Origin: a virus | Lineage: Duplodnaviria; Caudoviricetes | Length of the DNA: 64,000 nucleotides | Strand: one strand, 5' to 3' | IMG/VR virus record: IMGVR_UViG_3300020577_006105 | In this document: one piece after another, positions 35,219 through 45,018 of the stretch | Layout of the letters: each line of letters starts with the position of its first letter | Position numbering within the stretch: the first letter of the stretch is position 1 | Translations under genes and position numbers: made by a program | The notes under the pieces: generated by a model | The model's input: the letters and a program-made list of their open reading frames with translations, nothing else | Databases searched by the model: none | What the model was told of the DNA's origin: nothing

Positions 35219-37141
35219 ATGTCTAAGTACAGCACACAATCAATCACGGTTTTAGAACCGATGGACGCCGTTCGTTTGCGTCCTGGCATGTACGTTGGTG
35301 ACGACGGAGAACGAGGAATGCACCACCTAATAGGTGAGGTTCTGGACAACTCTGTAGACGAAGCAATGCAAGGATTTTGCTCAAACATCAACGTTGTTCT
35401 ATACAAAGATGGATGTACCGTGTCGGTTGAAGACGACGGTCGAGGAATACCAGTAGATAATCACCCATCTGACGGAAGGTCAACGCTTGAAGTTGTTATG
35501 ACCGTTTTGCATGCTGGTGGTAAGTTTGGTCATGATGAAGCATATCAGGAATCCGGTGGGCTTCACGGTGTTGGTGTATCGTGCGTCAACGCACTATCGG
35601 AGCATTTTGAGGTTATTGTCAATCGGGTTGACAAATCAGCCGGCGCAGTGGGTAGTTACAAACAGACTTATTCAAAAGGCAAACCACTAACCAAGGTTGA
35701 AAAGATTGGCAGCGCAGGAAAATCTGGAACCAAAATCACATTCACGCCAGACAAGGGTATCTTCAAGTCTGTTAAGCATTATGATTCAAACATCATTGTT
35801 CGTAGGCTTCGAGAAATTGCACACCTTAATCCGGGTTTGAAAGTAACATTCAACGATGAACCAAATGACAAACAGTATGCATTTTTGTCTGATGGTGGCA
35901 TTATTGACATGTTGTCAGATTTTGTAGGTGATTCCACCGGGCTTTATCCAGAGCAACCACTGGTTATTGAAGGCAAAAGTGGTACGGTCACTGTCAAACT
36001 TGGTATGCAGTATCGTTCTGACGATGACGAAAGCCTGCATTCATATGCTAACAACATTCACACTCCAGAAGGTGGAACGCACGTTTCGGGATTCAAACGC
36101 GCACTAACCTCAGCAGTTAACACTACGGCCAAGAAAAGTGGTCTTATCAAAGACGGTCTGCAAAGTGACGACATTCGAGACGGATTGGTTCTTGTTCTCA
36201 CTGTGCGATTGCGCCAACCACAATTTGAAGGACAGACAAAGGGAAGACTGGGCTCTTCAGAGGCTGAGTCGTCAGTTCTTTCTGTCGTATCTGAGCAACT
36301 TGGCGATTATTTCCAGAGAGACCCTCAATTCCTCAAGCGCATTGTCGAACGCGCACAATTGGCACAAAAGGCTCGAGAAGCAGCCAAGCGAGAATCTGAC
36401 CTTATCAAGCGCAAAGGCGCGTTTGCTAAAAGCACAAGGTTGCCCGGAAAACTCAAAGATTGTAACGTTGACAGTCGACACAACAGTGAACTGTTCGTTG
36501 TAGAAGGTGACTCTGCTGCTGGTTCTGCTATTGATGGCAGAGACCCACAAACGCAAGCAATCCTACCGCTTCGTGGTAAAATCATGAACGCAGAAAAGAA
36601 CGACCTTGCAAGCATTCTCAAGAATGAAGAGGTAAAGAGTCTCGTACTTGCGATTGGCTCCGGTGTTGAGATACCTGGCAAAGAGGCATTCAGGCTTGAA
36701 GACCGAAGATATGAGCGAATCATCATTATGACTGACGCCGATGTGGATGGCGGTCATATTGAAACTCTTTTGCTGGCCTTCTTTTACCGATACATGAAAC
36801 CACTGGTATCATATGGTCATCTATATTTGGCTGTTCCACCGCTTTACAAAGTTGAGGACTCAAAGGGTGGGAAGCACTATTGCTGGAACGACGAAGAGCT
36901 CAGAAAGATTGTCGATAAACTAAAGAGCCCGAGGATTACAAGGTTTAAGGGGCTTGGAGAAATGAATTCACATGAATTGGCAGAAACCACAATGGACTAT
37001 GCCACGAGAAAGCTGATTCGCATTAGCGTGCCAGATGCCGCCGATGCCGAACGTGTGTTGTCGACGTTTATGGGCAAATCAGTGTCTGCGAGAAAGGAGT
37101 ACCTGCTTGAAAGAAGTAGTGAGGGTGTAGAAGTTGGCTAG
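35219..37141 (+). CDS. gyrB: Type IIA topoisomerase subunit B (GyrB/ParE-like, 640 aa)
   Basis: AVRLRPGMYVG, EVLDNSVDE, DDGRGIP, GGLHGVGVSCVNALS, EGDSAAGS, PLRGK, IMTDADVDG, RFKGLGEMN. Confidence 0.96.
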   Translation: MSKYSTQSITVLEPMDAVRLRPGMYVGDDGERGMHHLIGEVLDNSVDEAMQGFCSNINVVLYKDGCTVSVEDDGRGIPVDNHPSDGRSTLEVVMTVLHAGGKFGHDEAYQESGGLHGVGVSCVNALSEHFEVIVNRVDKSAGAVGSYKQTYSKGKPLTKVEKIGSAGKSGTKITFTPDKGIFKSVKHYDSNIIVRRLREIAHLNPGLKVTFNDEPNDKQYAFLSDGGIIDMLSDFVGDSTGLYPEQPLVIEGKSGTVTVKLGMQYRSDDDESLHSYANNIHTPEGGTHVSGFKRALTSAVNTTAKKSGLIKDGLQSDDIRDGLVLVLTVRLRQPQFEGQTKGRLGSSEAESSVLSVVSEQLGDYFQRDPQFLKRIVERAQLAQKAREAAKRESDLIKRKGAFAKSTRLPGKLKDCNVDSRHNSELFVVEGDSAAGSAIDGRDPQTQAILPLRGKIMNAEKNDLASILKNEEVKSLVLAIGSGVEIPGKEAFRLEDRRYERIIIMTDADVDGGHIETLLLAFFYRYMKPLVSYGHLYLAVPPLYKVEDSKGGKHYCWNDEELRKIVDKLKSPRITRFKGLGEMNSHELAETTMDYATRKLIRISVPDAADAERVLSTFMGKSVSARKEYLLERSSEGVEVG

Positions 37142-39533
37142 GAAGAGAAAAGACGCAGTTAATATCGAGTATTTCGGTGACATTGAAGAACAGTCACTGC
37201 CAAGGGTTTTGGACAACTCATATGTCCGATACTCTACACATGCCATTCTTCAACGCGCTATTCCAAACTCTAAAGATGGACTCAAGCCGGCGCAGCGTCG
37301 CCTTTTATATTCAATGTATCGGCTTGGATTGGATGACGGTACAAAATACTGCAAATGTGCCAAGGTCTGCGGACAAACCAGCGGCGACTTGCACCCACAC
37401 GGCGAGTCAGTCATTTACCCAACCCTCACTCGTCTTGTGCAAGATTGGGTGCTAAGGTACCCGCTAATTCACGGTCAAGGTAACTTCGGCACCGTCGATG
37501 GTCTTGATGCAGCAGCAATGCGATACACAGAGGCCAGGTTGAGCCCATATGGCATTGCCGTGGTTGATGATGTCAGTGCAGATGCGGTAGATTTCCAGCC
37601 AAACTACACTGAAACTGATTTCGAACCAGTGATTCTTCCTGGGTTGTTCCCCAATCTTCTGTGTAATGGTGGTTCTGGTATTGCAGTGAGTATCGCGTGC
37701 AATTTTGCGCCACACAACCTGCGCGAAGTTGCTGCTGTAATTCGCGAATGCGTTACGAACAAGGATGTGACCGTTGACCGGCTTTTAGAACTTATGCCTG
37801 GCCCGGACTTTCCAACTGGTGGCATTATTCGCGGACAGGGTTCCACACGTCAGTATTACAGCACTGGCCGTGGAACGATTACAATAGATGGCATTTGGGA
37901 AACAGGTTCGGATTCCAAAGGTAACAAAACAATCACTGTTAATGAACTTCCGTATGGTTCTTCTCCAGATAAGTTGGCGCAACAAGTTGCAGAGTTAGTG
38001 CAAAACAAGAAACTCGATGGTGTTGTAGACCTTAAAGAATTGAGCCATCGTAAAGACGGAACAAAGGTCATCAAAATTGTGTTCACGTTGTCCAAGACAG
38101 CCGATGAACAACTGGTAATAAGAACCCTGCTTCGCAACACTTGTTTGCGCAACACGTTCTCGGTGAACCAAACTGCCATCGTCAATGGCCGAGCTAGTGA
38201 AAACGTTTCAATAATTGACCTTGCGCTGTCTTATTACAATCACCGAGTTTCCATTCTCAAAAGACGCAGCGAGGCAGAGCTCGAGAAACTCACCAAGCGC
38301 ATTCATATTCTCGAGGGTCTTGTGAACATATGTTCAAAGATTCGAGAGGTTGTCGATTTGATTCTTGATTCTGAATCACCGGCAGATGCAAAAGAGCGGT
38401 TGATTGCACGCAAATATGTCAAAACCGACGAACAGGCAACAGCGGTGCTTGAAATCAGCCTGAAGAAGTTGACCAAACTCGAAGTCAATCAGCTACTGGA
38501 GCAAAAAGACCAGGCCGAAAAACGCGCATCAAAACTTGAGAAGCTACTATCTTCCAAGTCTGCAATGCGTGATGCGGTTTTGAAGCAACTAGATGATTTT
38601 GTTGAGAAGTATGGTGACGACCGCAGAACACAAATTGGAGAAGATGCTGAAACAGTTTCTGCACAAGACTTCATTAAGAAAGAAGACATTGTAGTCAGTG
38701 TCAATATTGACGGATATGTTCGCAGAAACGGCTCGTTTGACCCAGGTTCTCAATACATAGAAACAAATACACTGAACACCATTGTGTTTGTTACAGACAC
38801 AGGAACGGCTTATTGCAAGCAGGGACATGACATACCATACAGTGGCAAAGGTAAGGGTACTCATATTGCACAACTCATAGGTTGCCGCCCAGATGAAAGT
38901 GTTGTTGGTGTATATGAACTCGAGTCTGCTGTCAAGAAGGTGTTCGTACTGACAACAAAAGACGGTCATGTCAAGCGCATCAAAGGCACAGAATTTGAAT
39001 CCAAGAAACGAACCGGAATCAATATCATGAAAATCAATGATGGTTCACGGCTAATCAGCGCACATCCCTGTGTTGACAATGGCGACTTGCTTGTCGCAAC
39101 AGAAATGGGCAAGGGTGTTTGCTATCCGCTGTCTTCTGTGCCTGTTCAGGGCAGGAACTCAAACGGTGTTAGGGCCATCAAGCTCGCGACCAACGACAAA
39201 ATAGCACAGTCAGTGGTTATCCACAAGGACTTCAACGGGCATGTCATGTTCGTTGCATCGCTAGGATATGTTCAGAAGTTGCCAATATCTAAGTTCAGGT
39301 GCTATTCAGGTCGTCAAGCCGTAGGTAAAAACACGATTGATAACGTTAAGTTTGACAGAACTGGATTGGTTATCGCAGCGATACCCATTGCCGACAATAC
39401 TGCGCTTGTTTGTAGCACTAAAGATGGCTCGAGCGTAATGCTGAATCCTTCAGAGATTCGAGAATCAATCAAGCCATTGCTTAAGGTGCCACCAGAGAAA
39501 GGCGATGAACTCATAGCCGTTAGTACAACATGA
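37134..39533 (+). CDS. gyrA: Type IIA topoisomerase subunit A (GyrA/ParC-like, 799 aa)
   Basis: DGLKPAQRR, HPHGE, GQGNFG, AAAMRYTEARL (catalytic Tyr), GPDFPTGG, C-terminal pinwheel blades. Confidence 0.95.
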   Translation: MARKRKDAVNIEYFGDIEEQSLPRVLDNSYVRYSTHAILQRAIPNSKDGLKPAQRRLLYSMYRLGLDDGTKYCKCAKVCGQTSGDLHPHGESVIYPTLTRLVQDWVLRYPLIHGQGNFGTVDGLDAAAMRYTEARLSPYGIAVVDDVSADAVDFQPNYTETDFEPVILPGLFPNLLCNGGSGIAVSIACNFAPHNLREVAAVIRECVTNKDVTVDRLLELMPGPDFPTGGIIRGQGSTRQYYSTGRGTITIDGIWETGSDSKGNKTITVNELPYGSSPDKLAQQVAELVQNKKLDGVVDLKELSHRKDGTKVIKIVFTLSKTADEQLVIRTLLRNTCLRNTFSVNQTAIVNGRASENVSIIDLALSYYNHRVSILKRRSEAELEKLTKRIHILEGLVNICSKIREVVDLILDSESPADAKERLIARKYVKTDEQATAVLEISLKKLTKLEVNQLLEQKDQAEKRASKLEKLLSSKSAMRDAVLKQLDDFVEKYGDDRRTQIGEDAETVSAQDFIKKEDIVVSVNIDGYVRRNGSFDPGSQYIETNTLNTIVFVTDTGTAYCKQGHDIPYSGKGKGTHIAQLIGCRPDESVVGVYELESAVKKVFVLTTKDGHVKRIKGTEFESKKRTGINIMKINDGSRLISAHPCVDNGDLLVATEMGKGVCYPLSSVPVQGRNSNGVRAIKLATNDKIAQSVVIHKDFNGHVMFVASLGYVQKLPISKFRCYSGRQAVGKNTIDNVKFDRTGLVIAAIPIADNTALVCSTKDGSSVMLNPSEIRESIKPLLKVPPEKGDELIAVSTT

Positions 39534-39535
39534 TA

Positions 39536-39563
39536 AGGTGAACAGTGCCCTATGGTGGAAATA
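39536..39563 (+). promoter_or_regulatory. AGG-N19-GAA putative phage late promoter
   Basis: AGG TGAACAGTGCCCTATGGTG GAAATA; overlapped by the inverted repeat CTATGGTG/CACCATAG. Confidence 0.6.
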
Positions 39564-39576
39564 AACACCATAGACG

Positions 39577-40581
39577 ATGATTTACCGTGACACCCCAGGA
39601 CAATATGATGCCGGCCAAATTGCCACAGGTATTTTGGTGCGTGGAATCCGTGTGGATGGATACTACACGATTGTCAATTCGTGCGACATCAACTACGAGC
39701 ACGAAGTAGACCTGAAAAATTACATTCAGGGTGGCCCAAATTCCTCTATCGTTGATATGGGCAAGAAGGTAATAAAGGGCAGCATCACACTTCCGTTGCG
39801 CGTAGATAGAGACGGCGCACTAGAGTCAGCGGCACAAAGACTGCTTCAAATTGCACACAACCCTAGTGCGTCATCTGTTATCGACACAAATCATGTGTTG
39901 TCCTATGGTGGTATTGCAGCCGACAGGGACAACGGCGGTGACGCAGACAATGAACTTCTGTCGCTGAATTGCATGGTCATCGAATCACTCACAATCAAAA
40001 TGTCACCAGACTCTGGCGTCAACTTAACGGCTGCCTTTACTGGAATGATTGACAATCGCGAACCAGCAGACTTGGTGGCACCACCAAGTGACTATCTTCT
40101 CGGTCGACAATTGTCATTACAGGACTGTGATTGCTCTCGCGTCTCAAGTGCAATGAGGAACGTGGTTTCTTTTGAAGTATATGTGCGAAACAAGATTGTG
40201 GCACCTGTGTTTATTCCACCGTGTCATATCAACAATCGAGATGCAAGCGCACCGGGGACAGGACCAAATCAACCAAGTGATTGGGCTTTTATGCCAGAGC
40301 AGCCATTGATTCTCGGAGTGGAAGAAACTCGCTGGGGTGGCACATTTGAGGAAGTCCTTAGACTTGGCGGAGATACCGAAACGCACATGCACGCTGGTTG
40401 GATTCAGGATGAAGACCTTACATTCCAGTTTGGTCCAGCAAGCGCACTATTTAGAATTCCACTGTACAAAGTGTCAACAGTACCATTAATAGCAGGGGTA
40501 ATGAGACGCAAAACAGACTTCATGGGCATAGTTAAGCCCAGTCGCAAGAATAATCCAACCGAATTGTTCTTTTTCTCGTAA
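39577..40581 (+). CDS. Putative tail-tube-like structural protein (334 aa)
   Basis: Beta-rich; NYIQGGP...DMGKKVIKGSITLPL is shared with the next gene; late motif upstream. Confidence 0.5.
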   Translation: MIYRDTPGQYDAGQIATGILVRGIRVDGYYTIVNSCDINYEHEVDLKNYIQGGPNSSIVDMGKKVIKGSITLPLRVDRDGALESAAQRLLQIAHNPSASSVIDTNHVLSYGGIAADRDNGGDADNELLSLNCMVIESLTIKMSPDSGVNLTAAFTGMIDNREPADLVAPPSDYLLGRQLSLQDCDCSRVSSAMRNVVSFEVYVRNKIVAPVFIPPCHINNRDASAPGTGPNQPSDWAFMPEQPLILGVEETRWGGTFEEVLRLGGDTETHMHAGWIQDEDLTFQFGPASALFRIPLYKVSTVPLIAGVMRRKTDFMGIVKPSRKNNPTELFFFS

Positions 40582-40586
40582 AAAGC

Positions 40587-40648
40587 AGGACTGTTTCAGC
40601 CAGTGGCTTAAATCTGTAGTAGGTGCATGACGTTCAGTATGAGAATTG
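40587..40648 (+). promoter_or_regulatory. Two tandem AGG-N19-[TG]AA putative late promoters
   Basis: AGG ACTGTTTCAGCCAGTGGCT TAAATC (40587) and AGG TGCATGACGTTCAGTATGA GAATTG (40621). Confidence 0.6.
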
Positions 40649-40679
40649 AAATGTATGCCTTGTAAGTTGGGAAGATAAC

Positions 40680-41711
40680 ATGCCTATTAGAAACGAACTC
40701 TTGGGAGTATTCAAAACATTACGAATCGGTGGTGACCGCTTTGTTTTGGCCGAAACAGCAAAGCGCAACCGGTCGATGGATGTTCAGGCAAAAACATACA
40801 TTCAAGGTACGCCAAAAGCACGAATTCTAGACATCGGCGGCGCACATGAAAAGATTGACCTAACAATGCCTATTCTAGTAGGTCCGGGCTCTGCGCTAGA
40901 CGGCAGAACCTTGCTCTTGGAGCAAATCACAAATGCACTTGACCCAGTGAACGCCACGTTGCCACTTATTCAAAATGCAAGCATTTCTATCAACGAGAAC
41001 CAAACAAGTGTAAATCTTGGACTCATCAGCGATGGTGACCCAAATCAACCTCCGGTCTTCGAGGTGTTTTCAGACGTTCCTGCAGGATTTGATGGTGCCG
41101 GAAACAACGTACCGTCTTATCTGCTAGACCCTTCACTCGCCGGATGCCCAACACGCGTCGCTCGTTTTTATGATTTCAGAGTCAACCTTGCTGGATACTA
41201 CATGTATGTCATGAATGCACAGCTACAGGTTCAGGTACAAACCGCAGAGCACTACTTCCTTGGTGGTACCACAGACTGTGATGCCGGCAATGATGTTCAA
41301 GATTTGGCCCGCAACTGGGGCACCCAGTTCCCATTCATCGGTGTGTCTGGTGTTACTATTTCTGGTTCAGGTACCGCTGCTGTTTTGTTAGATGACCTGA
41401 CAGGCGACTACGATTTTGATGATTATGACCAGACCTATGCATGGCAAGAGGGAGATGAGTCTCTAAACCTTTCTTATGGAGAAAACGCAGGTTCAGATAT
41501 CACGCTTCAGTTGCCAGGACAATCGGTTTGTGTTCCTAGCACATTCTGCTTGAACATCTACAATCCAGATACAACCCAATGGGAGAGCTTGTTCTGGGAT
41601 GGAGCTCAAGAAGTTGTCGACCTGAGCAAAAGTGTAGTCAAGTCGTCATCGTTCAACGTCAGCACAGGATTGCTTACTGCTGAGTTTGAATTCTTCTGCT
41701 GGGTTAAGTAA
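40680..41711 (+). CDS. Putative tail-tube-like structural protein, paralogue of the upstream gene (343 aa)
   Basis: TYIQGTP...DIGGAHEKIDLTMPI; acidic, beta-rich; two late motifs upstream suggest high expression. Confidence 0.5.
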   Translation: MPIRNELLGVFKTLRIGGDRFVLAETAKRNRSMDVQAKTYIQGTPKARILDIGGAHEKIDLTMPILVGPGSALDGRTLLLEQITNALDPVNATLPLIQNASISINENQTSVNLGLISDGDPNQPPVFEVFSDVPAGFDGAGNNVPSYLLDPSLAGCPTRVARFYDFRVNLAGYYMYVMNAQLQVQVQTAEHYFLGGTTDCDAGNDVQDLARNWGTQFPFIGVSGVTISGSGTAAVLLDDLTGDYDFDDYDQTYAWQEGDESLNLSYGENAGSDITLQLPGQSVCVPSTFCLNIYNPDTTQWESLFWDGAQEVVDLSKSVVKSSSFNVSTGLLTAEFEFFCWVK

Positions 41712-41712
41712 C

Positions 41713-42213
41713 CTACCACTCATCCACATCATAGTGATATGGCCATTCATCAATGGTACACATATCTTCTAGCAAGGCTGTAACCACGCCTGGTGTGATT
41801 CCGTGTGTGTTAGCAAAAATAAACACATCACCCGGTGTAACAATTTGTGTGAACAATTTGCCTTCAGAGTCCTTCCATACTAGTCTTCCATACACAACAT
41901 CGCCGTGTTTCGCCTCGAGGATAGCGTGTGTTAACACAAACCCTAAACTCTTGGCCAGGTGCATGTATGTAGCATAAATATCTGGGATATGTGCGTGTTT
42001 GGCAAATCCATTGATGTAGTACGACGCCGTTATCGACTCGAGATGATTAAGTGGTGTGACATACTCGTTGTTGTTGGCTACAAAAACGAGTCCTACTTCA
42101 TCAGTCTGTGGTGACACGATGATTTTGAATCCTGTAATGCTTATGACTTTAAGCTCATCCACCGACCTTAATTTTGACATCATTTCTTCTGAAGTCAGGT
42201 TGATATCTTTCAT
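41713..42213 (-). CDS. DUF151/bifunctional-nuclease-like protein, divergent (166 aa)
   Basis: HIPDIY...LG..L..AIL....GDVVYGRL...IVTPGDVFIFA mirrors the RP.THDL...DG.FYA.L...RPSDAIALA layout of DUF151. Confidence 0.5.
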   Translation of the reverse strand: MKDINLTSEEMMSKLRSVDELKVISITGFKIIVSPQTDEVGLVFVANNNEYVTPLNHLESITASYYINGFAKHAHIPDIYATYMHLAKSLGFVLTHAILEAKHGDVVYGRLVWKDSEGKLFTQIVTPGDVFIFANTHGITPGVVTALLEDMCTIDEWPYHYDVDEW

Positions 42214-42869
42214 TGTTTTCGCCTCAGCAAATCGCTTCTTCCAGCATCTGGATTGATTCCATCTACCTTGTATGAGAACCGATGTAATCCTCGTACTTTT
42301 CCGTGTTGCCTAACAGCAGTTTTATGCACTGGCGATACGTAACCCTTGTGCGCATCGAGATGATACTCTGGATATTGCTCTCCGAGTTCGCTCATTAGAT
42401 TGTCTCTATATGTCTTGGCTATAATTGAGGCGGCCGCCACCACATGTGACAGAGAGTCTGCTTTTGCCATCATAATATGCGGCTCAAGGTCACACTCGGG
42501 CATCTGGTCTAAGACGAACAAATCAACATCCATACTCTGTTGGATTATCTTTCCTGCTTCGTATGATGCCGTTGCATTTGCCCAGGTAAGCCCCTTGCGG
42601 TCAATTGAAGGTGCTTCAATTTGGAACACGGTCCAAGCCAGAGCGACCTCTTTAATTTTCTCAGCAAGTGATTCACGAAGTTGCGCCGATATTTGTTTGC
42701 TGTCTGTCAGTTTTGGAATTACGACATCTTTGGGTAACACCACTGCTCCGACCACAAGTGGTCCCGCCCAGGAACCTCGTCCTACTTCATCTATACCACA
42801 CAAAATATCTCCATATTGCTCGCGGAGTTTTGTGTCATTGGCATAAGCCTCTTCTGGAGTAATTCTCAT
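42210..42869 (-). CDS. rnhB: Ribonuclease HII
   Basis: GIDEVGRGSWAGPLVVGAV, LTDSKQI, KADSLS..VAAASIIAK..RD, HKGY, HRFSY. Confidence 0.95.
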   Translation of the reverse strand: MRITPEEAYANDTKLREQYGDILCGIDEVGRGSWAGPLVVGAVVLPKDVVIPKLTDSKQISAQLRESLAEKIKEVALAWTVFQIEAPSIDRKGLTWANATASYEAGKIIQQSMDVDLFVLDQMPECDLEPHIMMAKADSLSHVVAAASIIAKTYRDNLMSELGEQYPEYHLDAHKGYVSPVHKTAVRQHGKVRGLHRFSYKVDGINPDAGRSDLLRRKQ

Positions 42870-44590
42870 CTAATCAACTTCGATGCAAATTCAGACAGTT
42901 CTTTATTGGCCTTCACCATGATTTCTTGACATGATTCATCAAGAGATTCCAGCAACTTGATGTTCTTGTCTTCTTGTGCATCGACTAAAGATTGGAATGC
43001 ATCATCAATTTCTTCTTTGATGCCTTCACTAAGCACGCCCCATGCATCTCTCTTCAGGGCTTCTATTTGGTGTATTCTACCACGAATTTTGTCTTGTGCA
43101 GCGGCGAGGATGAAATACTGTTCATCATCTGCTCGAGACTGCTCTGCCTCATTCATCATTTGCTCAACTTCTTCTGATGTTAAACTTGAACTTCCAGTAA
43201 GTACAACCTTTTGCGCGATTTGGCTCACAAGCTCTTTGGCTTTGACGCTCAAGATTCCGTTGGCATCAACATGGAAACCAACTTCAATTTCAGGAACACC
43301 TCTCGGTTTCTCTGGAATTCCCTCCAGCTTAAACTGACCAAGGAGTTTATTACCATCAGCCTTGAGGCGCTCGCCTTGATAAACCTTGATTGCTACTGAA
43401 TTCTGGTTGTCTTCAGTGGTTGTGAACATCTTGGTGGCCTCTGCTGGAATGGTTGTATTGCGATTTATCATTCGGTCCATAACACCACTTGCTGTTTCAA
43501 TACCCAGGGTCAAAGGGATGACATCAACCAGGAGAATATCGGGCGCAGTTTGACCAGACAGGATAGCGGCTTGTCTGGCTGCGCCAACAGCGACCGCCTC
43601 ATCTGGATTTACGCTCTTATTTGGCTTTTTGCCGGTCCATTGCTCGACCATGGATGCAATGAGGGGTATGCGTGTAGAACCGCCTACAAAGACAACCTCG
43701 TCAATCTGAGAGGCATTTATGCCTGCATCTCTGAGTGCTAGTTCTAGACAAGACTTGGTTTTCATGACAATTGGCTCAATTAGCTGATTGAAAGTTTCTC
43801 TTGTCAGGGTTACCACTGGCATTCCATGAATTGCGATTTTGGTCTGTTGTGTAGAGGTCAGAACTTTTTTAGCAGATTCAGCAGCAGTACGTAATGCAGC
43901 CTCGGAGTCATCATTTGCCACATAATCCTGCCATTGATTTCGACAGTAATCCATAATGACATGGTCAAAATCATCACCGCCCAAGTGCGTGTCGCCGCTT
44001 GTGGACTTTACATTGAACATGCCGTCGCCACTCAACTGTAGTACTGTGATATCAAATGTTCCTCCGCCAAGGTCGTAAACCACAACCGTCTGCCTTTCTT
44101 TTTTGTCGAGACCATAGGCCAGTGCAGCAGATGTTGGTTCGTTGATAACCCGAAGTACTTCAAATCCAGCAATTTCGCCAGCGGTTTTTGTGCTTTGGCG
44201 TTCATCACTGTTGAAATACGCCGGCACAGTAATAACAGCCTTGTCAACCTTGTATCCAAGGTATGCTTCGGCATCGTTCTTGATTTTGGATAAGATAGCC
44301 GCACTAATTTGTTCTGGGCTATACTTCTTGCCGCGCACTTCAACGCGATAATTCGTACCCATGTGTCGCTTGATAGACCTTACGGTGCTGTTAGCATTCA
44401 TGGACTCGCCATCGTGCGCCAGCTTACCAACGATAACTTCGTCGTCGTCCCACACCGCAAAGACAGATGGCGTAAGTCTTTCGCCTTCGGCATTTGGTAT
44501 GATTTCTATGGAACCATCTTCCCTGAGGCACGCTGCAACACTGTTGGTAGTACCAAGGTCGATTCCCAGAGCTTTGATTTTTTTACTCAT
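42866..44590 (-). CDS. dnaK: Hsp70 chaperone DnaK (574 aa, short C-terminal lid)
   Basis: [71 protein letters not shown]. Confidence 0.97.
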   Translation of the reverse strand: MSKKIKALGIDLGTTNSVAACLREDGSIEIIPNAEGERLTPSVFAVWDDDEVIVGKLAHDGESMNANSTVRSIKRHMGTNYRVEVRGKKYSPEQISAAILSKIKNDAEAYLGYKVDKAVITVPAYFNSDERQSTKTAGEIAGFEVLRVINEPTSAALAYGLDKKERQTVVVYDLGGGTFDITVLQLSGDGMFNVKSTSGDTHLGGDDFDHVIMDYCRNQWQDYVANDDSEAALRTAAESAKKVLTSTQQTKIAIHGMPVVTLTRETFNQLIEPIVMKTKSCLELALRDAGINASQIDEVVFVGGSTRIPLIASMVEQWTGKKPNKSVNPDEAVAVGAARQAAILSGQTAPDILLVDVIPLTLGIETASGVMDRMINRNTTIPAEATKMFTTTEDNQNSVAIKVYQGERLKADGNKLLGQFKLEGIPEKPRGVPEIEVGFHVDANGILSVKAKELVSQIAQKVVLTGSSSLTSEEVEQMMNEAEQSRADDEQYFILAAAQDKIRGRIHQIEALKRDAWGVLSEGIKEEIDDAFQSLVDAQEDKNIKLLESLDESCQEIMVKANKELSEFASKLIR

Positions 44591-44604
44591 GGTGAACTTA
44601 TACT

Positions 44605-44618
44605 GGTTGAATTCAACC
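44605..44618. promoter_or_regulatory. 14-bp perfect palindrome upstream of dnaK
   Basis: GGTTGAATTCAACC, adjacent to a TATAAG -10-like box that sits 6 nt before the dnaK ATG. Confidence 0.4.
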
Positions 44619-44639
44619 GGCTATGTTAATTATGCCAAT

Positions 44640-44993
44640 CTATTCTGAATTGTTGTCGTTATCAAGTATGTTCTTGAGGCTCTCTGGTTTGGATAGTTTT
44701 TTACGGAAGTTGCGCATCTCTTCTACTGTGATAGGTTCGCCTTCTTTCACGGCCTCTTTCAGTGTCTTTGGCAACTTGTTGTAGTATTCATGCGCCATAG
44801 ACATAGGTTGACTTATGACAAATGTGTCAAGACACACTGGGCATCGAAGCACAGCATAGACCTCGATTTCGGACTGCAACATATAACCAAGATGAGACCC
44901 CCTTGTGAACAATCCATCGCAGTTGCGATTGAGACATCTTCGTGGCATACCAGAGATTTTGTGACTTCGCATAATGACCAAACCTATAATCAA
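44640..44993 (-). CDS. Small zinc-ribbon protein (~110 aa)
   Basis: RRCLNRNC...LRCPVC. Confidence 0.6.
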   Translation of the reverse strand: MIIGLVIMRSHKISGMPRRCLNRNCDGLFTRGSHLGYMLQSEIEVYAVLRCPVCLDTFVISQPMSMAHEYYNKLPKTLKEAVKEGEPITVEEMRNFRKKLSKPESLKNILDNDNNSE

Positions 44994-45018
44994 CTTCTAC
45001 AAAAACTCAACCTGCACC

